NCBI RefSeq assembly: GCF_000017305.1
Contig: NC_009664.2
Location: 480,001-512,000 of the forward strand
Source of the DNA: Kineococcus radiotolerans SRS30216 = ATCC BAA-149
Lineage (GTDB): Bacteria; Actinomycetota; Actinomycetes; Actinomycetales; Kineococcaceae
Reading direction: 5' to 3'
Length of the DNA: 32,000 nt
Below, one piece after another: positions 17,563 through 26,136 of this stretch (positions are counted from its first letter, which is position 1; every line of letters begins with the position of its first letter). The notes under the pieces are model-generated. The model saw only the letters and a program-made list of their open reading frames with translations, searched no databases and was not told the origin of the DNA. A program made the position numbers and the translations under genes.

Positions 17563-19209
17563 ATGACCTTGTTCGTCGACACCTTCACCCGCACCGGCAG
17601 TCTCTCCGGGTCCCGCACTGAGTCCGGCGACGGCGTCTGGTCCAACCCCAACAGCAGTGCCAGCCTCAACGGCGACGTCGCCACGCTGCCCGGTGGTAGC
17701 GGCGCCTTCCTGTTGGCCGGCACCGGTGAAGCCGACCTCACCGCCCAAGTCGCCGGCGGCAACTACGCCGGCATCTTCGTCCGCGGACCCGGCGGCCTCG
17801 GCGGGTGGCGGCTCGAGGGCTACTACCAGACGTACTCCAGCGGCTCCTACCAGACTCAGCCCAGCTACACCGCCTACTACACCGTCTCCGAGCTCACGAC
17901 CGACAGCTACGACGTGCCGAACTGCCCCACCATCGGGCAGACCATGACGCAGTCGCAGTGCGGGTCTTCCTCGTTCCCGAGCAGCATCGGCGGGGCCTGT
18001 GGGGGCAGCTCCGGCACCGGCCGTAGCTCCTACCGCGCCTATCTCCAGAGCGTGCAGCAGTCCGGCACGTGCCAGGTGTACGTCCCCGGCTCCTACACCC
18101 TGTACTTCAGCCGCCTCATCAACCCCGACGGCTCGATCGTGTGGTCCGGGCAGACCGCCTACGCACCCCTGTTGCGCCTGCGCGCCCAGGGCTCCACCAT
18201 CACGGCCTGGGTGAACGGGAGCCAGGTGGCTACCGCCACCGACTCCAACGCCACCTCCCGCGCCCGCAACGCCCACGGCATCTCCGCAGGTGCCGACCAG
18301 GTGCAGTTCACCCGGGTCTCCCTGGACACCCTCAACGTCCCACCGAACGCGCCGCTGATCGTCGAGCCTGCGACCAACGCCGTCGTGGACCGCACCCAGC
18401 CCATCACCCTGCGCTGGCAGTTCAACGACCCCGACGTCGATGATCGGCAGTCGAAGTTCGACCTGCAGTACCGCGTCGTCGGCTCCGACACATGGACGTG
18501 GAGGCCCCAGGAGACCCCCACCGCCAGCTACACGGTGCCCACCGGCACCTTCGGGGACAGCCAGCAGATCCAATGGCAGGTCCGCACCTACGACGCTCAA
18601 GGCGTCGTGGGCCCCTGGTCGGCGGCGTCCTACTTCCGCGCCGGCACCCCACCACCGGCACCGACGTGGACGTCCCCCACCAACGGCGGGCAGATCCCCA
18701 CCGAGACGTTCACCGCCCAGTGGTCCAGCGCCTCCCAGGTCAGCTTCGAGGTGCGCGTCAGTGACACCAGCGGCGCGCTGATCTCCACGACGGGGACCGT
18801 CACCAGTCAGCAGCGACAGCAGCGCCTGACGTTCCCCGAGAACAACGTCACCCGCCGCCTCGCGGTGCGCATCCAGGCCGGCGGCCTCTGGTCCCCGTGG
18901 GCGACGGTCACCGCCACGGTCTCCTACACGGCCCCCGCAGTCACCGCAGTGTCGGTCACCGCAGACGACGTCAACGGCTCCATCATCGTCGACCTCGTCA
19001 GCCCGGCCCCCACCGGCACCCAACCCGCGGTCCGGTTCCTCGACCTGTACCGCCGGGCCGGTGAGGGCAGCGAGGAGCGGGTCGCGGCCAACCTCCCGGT
19101 AAGCACGGTGTGGACGGACTGGACCCCCGCCACCGGCGTCGAGCACGCCTACCGCGCCGTTGCCCACGGCGCCAACGGCGTCACCTCCACCAGCGCGCCC
19201 ACCACCTGA
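17563..19209 (+). CDS. Minor tail protein with lectin-like N-terminal domain and fibronectin-III-like repeats (receptor-binding candidate)
   Basis: 548 aa with the SD GAGGAG. It has repeated ~90-aa modules (..PITLRWQFNDPD...WQVRTYDAQGVVGPWS.. and ..FTAQWSS..FEVRVSD..). A 4-Cys insertion lies in the N-terminal domain. Confidence 0.6.
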   Translation: MTLFVDTFTRTGSLSGSRTESGDGVWSNPNSSASLNGDVATLPGGSGAFLLAGTGEADLTAQVAGGNYAGIFVRGPGGLGGWRLEGYYQTYSSGSYQTQPSYTAYYTVSELTTDSYDVPNCPTIGQTMTQSQCGSSSFPSSIGGACGGSSGTGRSSYRAYLQSVQQSGTCQVYVPGSYTLYFSRLINPDGSIVWSGQTAYAPLLRLRAQGSTITAWVNGSQVATATDSNATSRARNAHGISAGADQVQFTRVSLDTLNVPPNAPLIVEPATNAVVDRTQPITLRWQFNDPDVDDRQSKFDLQYRVVGSDTWTWRPQETPTASYTVPTGTFGDSQQIQWQVRTYDAQGVVGPWSAASYFRAGTPPPAPTWTSPTNGGQIPTETFTAQWSSASQVSFEVRVSDTSGALISTTGTVTSQQRQQRLTFPENNVTRRLAVRIQAGGLWSPWATVTATVSYTAPAVTAVSVTADDVNGSIIVDLVSPAPTGTQPAVRFLDLYRRAGEGSEERVAANLPVSTVWTDWTPATGVEHAYRAVAHGANGVTSTSAPTT

Positions 19210-19234
19210 CTGGCCACCCTGAAAGGGGCTACCC

Positions 19235-19999
19235 ATGGCCTTCCCCAACGAGCTGTCCGTCGCCCGCCTACGCGCCAACTGGCTGAAGTTCAACGGCGAC
19301 CCATCGCCAGCCATCCTGTCCATCTCTGCCCGCTACTTCACCGGCATCGGCGACACGCTCATCACCGATGCGCCCGTCGAGGTGCGCCTGCAGAACGGCC
19401 GCCTGGACATCCCCGTCCCCGTCGGGGACGACCCAGACCTCAGTCGCCCCCTGCAGCTGGACATCGTCGCCCGCATCAACGGCTCCCCCCGGCCGAAGAC
19501 GTGGACCGTAACCGTCACCAACGACGACGTCGAGACCATCACTGAGAACGGCCAGCAGCTGAGGATCGTGAACCTCAACAAGCTGCTCGAGGTCGATGGC
19601 CTGCCGATCATCACTCTCGGCTTCGTGCGCACCGTCACCGTCGGTTCGACGGCCTACAAGCCCGACGCCCGCGGCAACGTCATCCTTCCCGCCTTTCTGA
19701 ATCAGGCTGCGCTGGCTGACGCCCTCCAGGGATACGCCAAGACCACGGACCTGCAGTCACACCCCACCAGGGACCAGGTCGACGACAGCATCGACGCGGC
19801 GCTCACGGAGTACACCAAGACCGCCGCCCTCCAGCGGCTGATCCGCAACGAGATTGCGCAGATGGTCGTTGCTGGGCCCGGCATCCAGGTCGCCTACGAC
19901 CCCCAGGCCGGCCTGCTCATCATCACCAACACCGGTGGCGGGTCCACCCCCGAGGCACCTGCCGGATCCCTCCAGTCGACCTTCACTTCCACCCTTTGA
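19235..19999 (+). CDS. Minor tail / fibre protein
   Basis: 254 aa with the SD AAAGGGG. It contains KPDARGNVILP and ..YAKTTDLQSHPTRDQVD.., which are typical of fibre shafts. Confidence 0.5.
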   Translation: MAFPNELSVARLRANWLKFNGDPSPAILSISARYFTGIGDTLITDAPVEVRLQNGRLDIPVPVGDDPDLSRPLQLDIVARINGSPRPKTWTVTVTNDDVETITENGQQLRIVNLNKLLEVDGLPIITLGFVRTVTVGSTAYKPDARGNVILPAFLNQAALADALQGYAKTTDLQSHPTRDQVDDSIDAALTEYTKTAALQRLIRNEIAQMVVAGPGIQVAYDPQAGLLIITNTGGGSTPEAPAGSLQSTFTSTL

Positions 20000-20012
20000 G
20001 GAGCCCGAAACC

Positions 20013-21284
20013 ATGGTCAACTCCTTCACCCCCACCACCGCCGTCACCCGCCCTACGCAGGCACAGGCTGACGCTAAGGAACAGATCCACGTCCAGCTTC
20101 ACCAGCAGATCGTCGACGCCCTCGCGGAACTACGGGCAGCCCTCCAGACGACAATTTCTGAGGCAAACGCAGACCTGTTGAGCAAGGCCGGGACCACGGC
20201 AGCCACGACCACCTCGGCGGGGCTGATGGCAGCCGCGGACAAGTCCAAGCTAAACGGGGTGGCGACCGGCGCGACCGCGAATGCCTCCGACACGCAGCTG
20301 CGCGACCGATCGACCCACACCGGCAGTCAGCCCATCGACACCGTTGCCGACCTGCAGTCGACCCTCGACGGCAAGCTCGCCACGACCGACATCGAGCCTG
20401 TCACCGGCCTGTCGATGCGCGTGCAGAACCTCAACGTGGTGGCCGGCGCGGGGCAGGCGACGGCCACCTGGGAGGCGCCGGCATCGACGGTCGGTATTCA
20501 GGGGTACGAGGTCCGATACCGCACCATCGTCGGCTCCACCCTTGGCGCGTGGGTCTCGTTCGCCTTCGTTGCCCCGTCCGTCCTGTCCTGTACGGTTACT
20601 GGCCTGACCAACTCGCAGGGATACCAGATCGACGTCATCCCGGTCTACGCCCTGACGGCAACTCCGACGACGCCGGCCCTCTACGCCGACCTCTTCTCCG
20701 GCACGTCCACCTGGTCTGCCGCCAGTCCGCGCACAGCCAGCGACGGAAGCACTGCACGACCCTGGGTCGTCTACACCACTTCGGCCACGGCCTGGAGTTC
20801 TGCTCTGTACGACGGCGGCGTCCGTGGCGCTGCTGGCAACCAGCCCGTGGCGCACCTGCTGGACATTGGCGCGCCGTCGGCGGCGAAGCGTCTGCGCTGG
20901 GTATGGAAGGCCCTGCTGGCAGATACCACCAAGCGCCGCACGGGCTGCCTTTTCCGAGCCGTGAGCAGTGACGCCGCCAACTTCTTCCAGGTGCACTGTG
21001 ACGGGGGCGTCTGGGTGGTACGCAAGGTGGTCGCCGGGGCAGCCACGATCCTGGCTACTTCCAGTATCACGGGGGCCGCGGGAGATGCCGTGGAGGTCGT
21101 GCCCGGAACCGCGACCGACGCCGCTTCGGTCAAGGTGAACGGCACCGTTATCTGGAGCGGCGTGGACGCTGATCTCGCCTCCAACCAGTACGCCGGGTTC
21201 CGTCTCCAGGCACAGGCCTCGGGTCAGACGTACAGCCAGGACCAGACGACGGCCGTCGACAGCTTCCAGGTCTTCACCGCATGA
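20013..21284 (+). CDS. Tail fibre protein
   Basis: The ATG at 20013 has GAGGAG upstream; the track start at 19854 overlaps the previous gene. It carries the fibre motif TSAGLMAAADKSKLNGVATGATAN..LRDRSTHTGSQPIDTVADLQSTLDGKL and then an FN3-like segment (ATWEAP..GYEVRYR). Confidence 0.65.
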   Translation: MVNSFTPTTAVTRPTQAQADAKEQIHVQLHQQIVDALAELRAALQTTISEANADLLSKAGTTAATTTSAGLMAAADKSKLNGVATGATANASDTQLRDRSTHTGSQPIDTVADLQSTLDGKLATTDIEPVTGLSMRVQNLNVVAGAGQATATWEAPASTVGIQGYEVRYRTIVGSTLGAWVSFAFVAPSVLSCTVTGLTNSQGYQIDVIPVYALTATPTTPALYADLFSGTSTWSAASPRTASDGSTARPWVVYTTSATAWSSALYDGGVRGAAGNQPVAHLLDIGAPSAAKRLRWVWKALLADTTKRRTGCLFRAVSSDAANFFQVHCDGGVWVVRKVVAGAATILATSSITGAAGDAVEVVPGTATDAASVKVNGTVIWSGVDADLASNQYAGFRLQAQASGQTYSQDQTTAVDSFQVFTA

Positions 21285-22348
21285 CCGGCTACGCGCTCCT
21301 TAAGAACAGCCGCGGCGGCATCCTGGAAGGAACCCTCGTCAAGATCGCGAGGTCCGCCGGAACGGCCCCGCCACCCGATCCGGTCGACCCGGTCGACCCG
21401 ACCACGCCGGTCGACCCAACATACCCGCCCGACGTCGCCCCGAACGAACTGTCCACAGGTCCCGTCTCGAGCAAGCTGCGCTGGGCGCCCCCGACGCTGG
21501 TGAACCCGGTGACCTGGAACATCACCTCCGCAGCCACGTCGTCGCGCACGTTCGCGAACGATCAAGACGTGATCATCAACACTCCTGTTCCAATCACCTG
21601 GAAGAACGGGGTGACGATCAAGGGCGGCAGGAACATCATCTGGCGCGGCGGGGACATCCGCCTCAACAGCCCTGCCTATACCGGAGATGCAGGGTCCGAC
21701 GCGGCAAAGCTCAACCGCGGGGTCTACATCGTCGGTAACACCGGCACGGCCGGCTTGGCGACACCGCGCCACATCTTTATCGAGGGATTGAAGATTAGCG
21801 GTGTGGAGGTGTGGGAGGGCGTCAATGTCGACATGATGAACGACACTCGCGCCACGGTGACAATTCAGAACTACTACTGCCAGCGGGTCAACTGGCGTGT
21901 ACCGCCTGGCGGCGGCACGCATGACGGCGGCGACGTGCTGCAGGTGTGGCGCGGTCCGTGGCGCCTGCGGGTGGACCGACTCAGTGCGCCGGAATGCACC
22001 TACCAATCCCTGTTCCTGCAGCCAGTCAAGTTCTACCCGGGCAGCTACGTTCCGCTGGACCTGTACCAGTTCCGCAACATGGACTTCCACGGGGTCGACG
22101 GATCGACCTACAGTCCTCCCAGTCCGAAGAGCACGGCGCAGCTGATCAATGTGACCAACCCGGACGTTCTCGGCAAGGATCGCCGCACCTGCTACAACGT
22201 CTACATCAACCCGGGGCCCGGCCGCAGCTACGCCCAGGCCGTCGGCGGCACTTGGGTGGGCCTGCAGCAGGGTCCACCCCCTGCCCCGTTCGTGGATCCC
22301 TCCAAGGTCGGCATCGGGTACGTCTCGCCCGGTTACGAGAATCCTTAA
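21281..22348 (+). CDS. Tail-associated protein with Pro-rich linker and possible beta-helix (depolymerase-like) domain
   Basis: 355 aa. ATGA overlap with the fibre gene. The linker PPPDPVDPVDPTTPVDPTYPPD is followed by repetitive ..KGGRNIIWRGGDIRLNS..GVYIVGNTG..IFIEGLKISG..VTIQNYY.. strands. The fold assignment is speculative. Confidence 0.35.
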   Translation: MTGYALLKNSRGGILEGTLVKIARSAGTAPPPDPVDPVDPTTPVDPTYPPDVAPNELSTGPVSSKLRWAPPTLVNPVTWNITSAATSSRTFANDQDVIINTPVPITWKNGVTIKGGRNIIWRGGDIRLNSPAYTGDAGSDAAKLNRGVYIVGNTGTAGLATPRHIFIEGLKISGVEVWEGVNVDMMNDTRATVTIQNYYCQRVNWRVPPGGGTHDGGDVLQVWRGPWRLRVDRLSAPECTYQSLFLQPVKFYPGSYVPLDLYQFRNMDFHGVDGSTYSPPSPKSTAQLINVTNPDVLGKDRRTCYNVYINPGPGRSYAQAVGGTWVGLQQGPPPAPFVDPSKVGIGYVSPGYENP

Positions 22349-22419
22349 GGCCAGGAGCGCGCTTCGCCACGGATGGCACAGTCACCCCGCCCCACCAGAA
22401 CCACCCGAAAGGGGTGGCT

Positions 22420-22824
22420 GTGCCCTACGAGACCGCCCAACCGGAAGAGGTCGCTGGCCTCGCCCAATTCCTCGGCTTCGACCCTTCGCCCCTCGGCCTC
22501 TTCGGCTTTGCCCTGGCCTTCCTTTACGCCATGCTCCGAGGTCACGTTCAGCCCCGAAGCTCGGTTGAACGCATGCTGGCCGTGAAGGACGCTGAGATCG
22601 CCAGCCGCGACGCCGAACTGGAGAGGGCCCGTCTGACCATCGTCGCCCTCGAGGCCCGCGGCGACATCCAAGACGAGGCTGTCCGCAAGTTCATGGCGCA
22701 GCAGGCCTCGACGCAGCACCTCATCGAGGAGTTCCACCTCAGCCTCATGCGCGCATCCGGAACCCCCGTCCCGCCCGACTACCCGCACCCCTCCCCCATC
22801 GACTCACCTGGTGGTTCGTCATGA
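22420..22824 (+). CDS. Membrane protein (one TM helix plus coiled coil), lysis-cassette associated
   Basis: GTG start at 22420 (or 22414) after AAAGGGG. The TM segment is LGLFGFALAFLYAML. A coiled coil follows (..AEIASRDAELERARLTIVALE..). Confidence 0.5.
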   Translation: MPYETAQPEEVAGLAQFLGFDPSPLGLFGFALAFLYAMLRGHVQPRSSVERMLAVKDAEIASRDAELERARLTIVALEARGDIQDEAVRKFMAQQASTQHLIEEFHLSLMRASGTPVPPDYPHPSPIDSPGGSS

Positions 22825-23054
22825 GGTTCAAGTTCTGGGACCGCCCGCAGCGTCAGCCCGAACCGGACCATTCGGAGACGGACGCCGCGTTAGACCCCAC
22901 CTTGGCCGCGGCCCGAAGGCGGCTAGCGGAGGCAGAGGAGCTCAATGATGCGGCAGACGCTCTGATGAAGAGATCTGACCACTCTCTCGCCGTCAACGGC
23001 TTCGGAACCATGATCGACCGCCTGTACGGCGAGCACCCCAGGAGGAACCCATGA
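22821..23054 (+). CDS. Hypothetical protein (77 aa)
   Basis: ATGA overlap with the upstream gene and ATGA overlap with the downstream gene. Helical and charged. Confidence 0.45.
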   Translation: MRFKFWDRPQRQPEPDHSETDAALDPTLAAARRRLAEAEELNDAADALMKRSDHSLAVNGFGTMIDRLYGEHPRRNP

Positions 23055-23491
23055 GCACGAGCATCCGTCGACACCTCGTCATCGGCGGTCTCGCCGTGTC
23101 CGCCATCATCGTCGGGGCAACCTTCCTCACCGAGCCGCAGCTGTTCATCGCCAACATGATCGGCGTCAGCATCGCCTTCCTGGGATGCGCTACGTTCGTC
23201 GTGCGCTACCACTTCTCGACCAGCGGCGCCTGGTTCGGGTCGGCCACCGGCCGCAACGTCATGCTCCTCATGGCCTGCCTGACCGCCGCGCTCGGGTTCA
23301 TCCTGACGGTGTACCTCTTCGGGGACTACCCGCTCCGGCGCTCCGTCGGGGCTGCGCTCTACCCCCTCATCGGCTACGCCGCCTGGGCCCGCGTCGTCCT
23401 GCAGTCCCGCGCCCAGTCCGCGGTGCGCGCCCCGAAGCCGGACCACCTGCGCCGTCGCCGCGCCAGCGACCGCGACGGGGAGTCGTCCTGA
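23051..23491 (+). CDS. Integral membrane protein with four predicted TM helices (holin-like or lysis accessory)
   Basis: 146 aa with four hydrophobic spans and a basic C-terminal tail (RRRRASDRD). It lies immediately upstream of the endolysin. Confidence 0.5.
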   Translation: MSTSIRRHLVIGGLAVSAIIVGATFLTEPQLFIANMIGVSIAFLGCATFVVRYHFSTSGAWFGSATGRNVMLLMACLTAALGFILTVYLFGDYPLRRSVGAALYPLIGYAAWARVVLQSRAQSAVRAPKPDHLRRRRASDRDGESS

Positions 23492-24222
23492 TGGCCACGG
23501 CCCTCGACCGCGGCTGGCCCATCCGCCAGCTCGCCGCCCACGAGCTCTACCTCGTCTCCAAGCCGGACCCCACCCCCGCCGAACGGGCAGTCGGAGTCCT
23601 CACCGTGCCCGGCTTCCCCATCCGCGTGCACCCCGCGGTCGGCCCCCTCTTCCGCGGCCTGGTCGCCGACCTGCAGGTGCTGCGCGCCCGCACCCGCCGG
23701 GCCCCGCTGCTTTCCGCGGGCGGGTACAACTTCCGCCCCATCCGCGGTTACGAGGAGCAGTGGGGCCGGACCCGGAACCCGAAGTACCTCTCCAACCACT
23801 CCTGGGGCCTGGCCGTCGACCTCAACGCCGGCGCCAACCCGATGGGCTCCCCCGTTCGCTCCGACTTCCCCCGCGACGAGACCTACGCCATCGCCGCGAA
23901 GTGGAGCCTGTCCTGGGGACGGGAGTGGTCCCGCCCAGACCCCATGCACTTCGAGGCGCTGCTCAGCCCCGAGCAGGCCCACACCGCCGTCACGCGACTC
24001 ACTCTGCCCAAGCCCGCACCCCACCAGGAGGACGACTTGACCCCCGAACAGGCCCAGCAGCTCGCCGACATCCACAAGGTGCTCATCGGTGAGGACAGCG
24101 TCGCGTCCAAGGTTGAGGGCGAGGGCAACGGACGCCGCATGTCGTGGCGCGAGATGACCGAGTGGACCAACAAGATCGCCACCGACACCCTCGCCGCCGT
24201 CCAAAAGCTGCGGGGAGCGTGA
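23491..24222 (+). CDS. Endolysin, peptidase M15 (VanY/L-Ala-D-Glu peptidase type)
   Basis: The ATG at 23491 shares one nt with the upstream TGA; the track start at 23185 is an out-of-context extension. It has the motifs SNHSWGLAVDLN (SxHxxGxAxD) and DPMHFE. Confidence 0.8.
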   Translation: MATALDRGWPIRQLAAHELYLVSKPDPTPAERAVGVLTVPGFPIRVHPAVGPLFRGLVADLQVLRARTRRAPLLSAGGYNFRPIRGYEEQWGRTRNPKYLSNHSWGLAVDLNAGANPMGSPVRSDFPRDETYAIAAKWSLSWGREWSRPDPMHFEALLSPEQAHTAVTRLTLPKPAPHQEDDLTPEQAQQLADIHKVLIGEDSVASKVEGEGNGRRMSWREMTEWTNKIATDTLAAVQKLRGA

Positions 24223-24224
24223 CC

Positions 24225-24452
24225 ATGAGCGCCCTCGCCCAGCCCAAGTTGTACGTGAAGGCCATCAGCGCCGGCGCCCTCGCCGGGCTCGGTGCTGCCG
24301 GCACCGCCCTAGTCGACGGCGTCGTCACCGGCCAGGAATGGGTCGGCATCGCCATCGCCGCCCTCGCCGCGGGGATCACCGTCTACAACATCCCCAACGG
24401 CGCCAGCCCCGACCCGACTACCTCGACCCCTGATGAGCCCCCGCACGGCTGA
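24225..24452 (+). CDS. Holin (two TM helices)
   Basis: 75 aa. The ATG at 24225 has GGGGAG 7 nt upstream. The two hydrophobic helices are ISAGALAGLGAAGTALV and WVGIAIAALAAGITVY. It lies directly after the endolysin. Confidence 0.6.
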   Translation: MSALAQPKLYVKAISAGALAGLGAAGTALVDGVVTGQEWVGIAIAALAAGITVYNIPNGASPDPTTSTPDEPPHG

Positions 24453-25572
24453 CCAGGACGTCACGGCGTTCGTCGAGCGCCACTGGAGCCTCGCCCTCTG
24501 GGTCGCCCGCCGCCGCGCCGCGCAGGCCGGTTGGCGCGGCGACCTGGACGAGGTCGAGTCCGATGCCTTCCTCGGCCTTTGGAACGCTGCCCGCGCCTGG
24601 CGCGGTGCAGGCAGCTCCGCTGCATGGGTGCGTCGCCACGTCGAGACGACCATCACCGACGGCCTTCGCAGCCGATACGGGCGCGTCGGCTACAACGGCA
24701 AGCTCGCCCTCACGATGGCCACCGTCTCCCTCGACGAGCCCATCGGTCACCGACACCGGTCCTGCACGCCTGTGACCCGCGGGGACATCACGCCCGACCC
24801 GCACGATCACGTCGGGCACATCATCGCCCGTGTCGACCTTGCCCGAGCCATGGCCGGCCTTACCCACCACCAACGGCTTGCCGTCGCGGCCTACTACTGG
24901 GGAGACGCCACCCTCGTTGAGATCGCCGACAAGCTGGGGGTCGGTGAGTCGGCGGTCTCGCAGCTCTTGACCCGGGCACGCCGCGCACTGCACGCCGCGC
25001 TCACCGCCCCACCTGCGCCGGGGGCTGCGCCGCGGTGCCCACCGTCCGCAGCGCCGCCTGCGCGCCCCATCGTCACCTGCAGGCACTGCGGCGCGACCTT
25101 CCACCCGGCGCGGCGTGACGCCCGCTACTGCTCCAACGCCCACCGGACGGCCGCTCATCGCGCCCGGCAGGCCAACGTACAAGGCCCCCACCTCCGCAGA
25201 CTGCGGCGGTGGGGGCCGTTCGCCGTTGCTGCTTCCTGGGTTAGGTACGCCGTTGGTGCGCCACCCGTTCCCTGGTTAGCGCAGGGGCTGCCAAGACACG
25301 CCACTGGACGGGGTGCCCCCAACGGATTGGTAGATCCGTCCCGTGGTCCGGGCGAGGAAGATGGTGTAGGCGTTCTCGCCGGTGCTGGCGGCGCTGAACG
25401 CGAAAGCTGTCCCGTCGGGGGACCAGACGAAGTCGTCGGCGTTGGCGTCGATGAGAGTGTCCTTTGGTGTCCCACCCGTGACGGGCGCATACCAGATGCG
25501 CCCGTCACCGCGGTTGTATGCCGGCTCGTCCCCCTCGTACACCTGGTAGGCAATCTTCGTGCCGTCGGGTGA
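24433..25572 (+). CDS. Sigma-70 family (ECF-like) sigma factor with C-terminal zinc-ribbon-like motif; the ORF has no stop until 25572
   Basis: The region-2-like segment is FVERHWSLALWVARRR..VESDAFLGLWNAARAW. The region-4 HTH is LTHHQRLAVAAYYWGDATLVEIADKLGVGESAVSQLLTRARRAL. CRHCGATFHPARRDARYCSNAH follows (25078-25172). Residues after about 25190 look non-coding and are antisense to the next gene. Confidence 0.7.
   Translation: MSPRTADQDVTAFVERHWSLALWVARRRAAQAGWRGDLDEVESDAFLGLWNAARAWRGAGSSAAWVRRHVETTITDGLRSRYGRVGYNGKLALTMATVSLDEPIGHRHRSCTPVTRGDITPDPHDHVGHIIARVDLARAMAGLTHHQRLAVAAYYWGDATLVEIADKLGVGESAVSQLLTRARRALHAALTAPPAPGAAPRCPPSAAPPARPIVTCRHCGATFHPARRDARYCSNAHRTAAHRARQANVQGPHLRRLRRWGPFAVAASWVRYAVGAPPVPWLAQGLPRHATGRGAPNGLVDPSRGPGEEDGVGVLAGAGGAERESCPVGGPDEVVGVGVDESVLWCPTRDGRIPDAPVTAVVCRLVPLVHLVGNLRAVG
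25183..25217. terminator. Bidirectional intrinsic-terminator-like hairpin between convergent transcription units
   Basis: GGCCCCCACCTCCGCAG-A-CTGCGGCGGTGGGGGCC forms a 17-bp stem with one mismatch. It lies 59 nt downstream of the stop of the minus-strand gene at 25276 and is flanked by modestly T-rich sequence on both strands. Confidence 0.6.
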
Positions 25573-26136
25573 GTACTGCGGGTTGATGGCGCCGACGCGC
25601 CAGCGGATGCTCTGGCCGGTTGCAATGGTCTGGATCCAGATGGCGCCTTCGCGGCGATAGGCGACGGACTTTCCGTCGGGCGAGAAGGACGGGTCGCTTT
25701 CGACGATGAGGCGGGTGCTGGTCAACTTGCGAACGGTAGCGCCGGTGCCAGCGCTGATGAGGAAGAGGTCTCCGTTGCGGCTGATGGCGATGCTGCGGCT
25801 GTCGGGGGTGAAGGCGAGGCCATGGAAGCGGCTGACGCCAGTAGCGACGGTCCGCTTTGCGCAGGTGCGAGTGTTGATGACGATGAGCGCGCCGTTGGGG
25901 TCGAGGATCGCGGCCTGCACGCCGTTGGGGGCCCAGGCGGTGCGGTCGGCTTCGATGAAGTTCGGCTCCCACGACCATGACCCCACGCAGGGGATGCCGA
26001 TGGGTGAGGCATCTTGGACGAAGGAGACGACGCCGTTGCGGGCGGGCGCGGCTTGAGCGGCGGGGACGCCCAGGGCAAGGGCGCTGACCGCGGCAGCTGC
26101 GGCGGCGAGAAGTCGGCGGGCGGTGCGCGTCATCAC
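25276..26136 (-). CDS. Secreted PD40/TolB-like beta-propeller protein
   Basis: The signal peptide is MTRTARRLLAAAAAAVSALALGVPAAQA-AP (RR, possibly Tat). PD40 motifs recur: TPDSRSIAIS, SPDGKSVAY, SPDGTKIAY, SPDGTAFAF. The probable start is the ATG at 26133, 7 nt after GGGAG. Confidence 0.7.
   Translation of the reverse strand: MMTRTARRLLAAAAAAVSALALGVPAAQAAPARNGVVSFVQDASPIGIPCVGSWSWEPNFIEADRTAWAPNGVQAAILDPNGALIVINTRTCAKRTVATGVSRFHGLAFTPDSRSIAISRNGDLFLISAGTGATVRKLTSTRLIVESDPSFSPDGKSVAYRREGAIWIQTIATGQSIRWRVGAINPQYSPDGTKIAYQVYEGDEPAYNRGDGRIWYAPVTGGTPKDTLIDANADDFVWSPDGTAFAFSAASTGENAYTIFLARTTGRIYQSVGGTPSSGVSWQPLR

Noticed and set aside
488-19323. Very long antisense or out-of-frame ORFs in the track, such as 488-1921(-), 1818-3005(-), 3336-4976(-), 4201-6024(-), 9502-11412(-), 12232-14526(-), 17479-19323(-), and many Arg/Pro/Ala-rich plus-strand ORFs.
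   Set aside because: They are typical stop-codon-poor shadow frames of high-G+C coding DNA. Their products are low-complexity and R/P/G/A-rich. They lack SD-linked starts. They overlap genes that have clear family signatures and operon logic.
21381-21416. Three copies of the 9-mer CGGTCGACC, checked as a possible regulatory or CRISPR-like repeat.
   Set aside because: They are in frame inside a CDS and encode the (P)VDP linker. There is no spacer/repeat architecture.
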